Below are positions 63,966 through 64,000 of a stretch of 64,000 nt of DNA, one piece after another. This stretch comes from Octopus vulgaris (taxonomy: Eukaryota): NCBI GenBank assembly GCA_951406725.2, contig OX597817.1:434001-498000 (forward strand). Reading direction: 5' to 3'. The notes below the pieces were generated by a model, which was not told the origin of the DNA, searched no databases, and worked only from the letters and a program-made list of their open reading frames with translations. Position 1 is the first letter of the stretch; every line of letters starts with the position of its first letter. The translations under genes and the position numbers were made by a program.

Positions 63966-64000
63966 CTATATATATCTGAACTCCAGGCTCTTTGGAATTA
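63966..64000 (-). CDS. PI4KB: PI4KB coding exon, 3' part only (runs off the window end)
   Basis: Encodes NSKEPGVQIYI(G), then donor TAG|gtaagt. Human is NSKEPGVQAYIG. Phase 1 joins exon 42509-42626. Confidence 0.93.
   Translation of the reverse strand, partial: IPKSLEFRYI

Overview
AT-rich, microsatellite- and SINE-dense animal genomic DNA. The repeat families suggest a coleoid cephalopod such as Octopus; this is an inference from remembered repeat motifs, not a database result. The whole 64 kb lies inside one minus-strand gene, phosphatidylinositol 4-kinase III beta (PI4KB / four wheel drive). Eight GT-AG exons splice in frame from the helical domain (NSKEPGVQIYIG...) to the start of the kinase N-lobe (...[13 protein letters not shown]...). 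None of them is translated in its coding frame in the supplied ORF track. The 21 kb phase-1 intron (7400-28827) holds two well-formed, frame-preserving extra exons (72 nt and 39 nt) that fall in the regulatory linker. It also holds four fold-back elements with Penelope-like organisation. Three of these carry hammerhead-ribozyme motifs, two carry tRNA-like heads, and three sit in (TA)n tracts. The rest is decayed Tc1/mariner, hAT-Buster, RTE-type LINE (with an internal PHD finger) and RLE-type LINE sequence, SINEs, MITEs, and a young 57-59 bp minisatellite abutting a splice acceptor. Most short ORFs in the track are spurious. TE boundaries are approximate unless TIR/TSD evidence is given.
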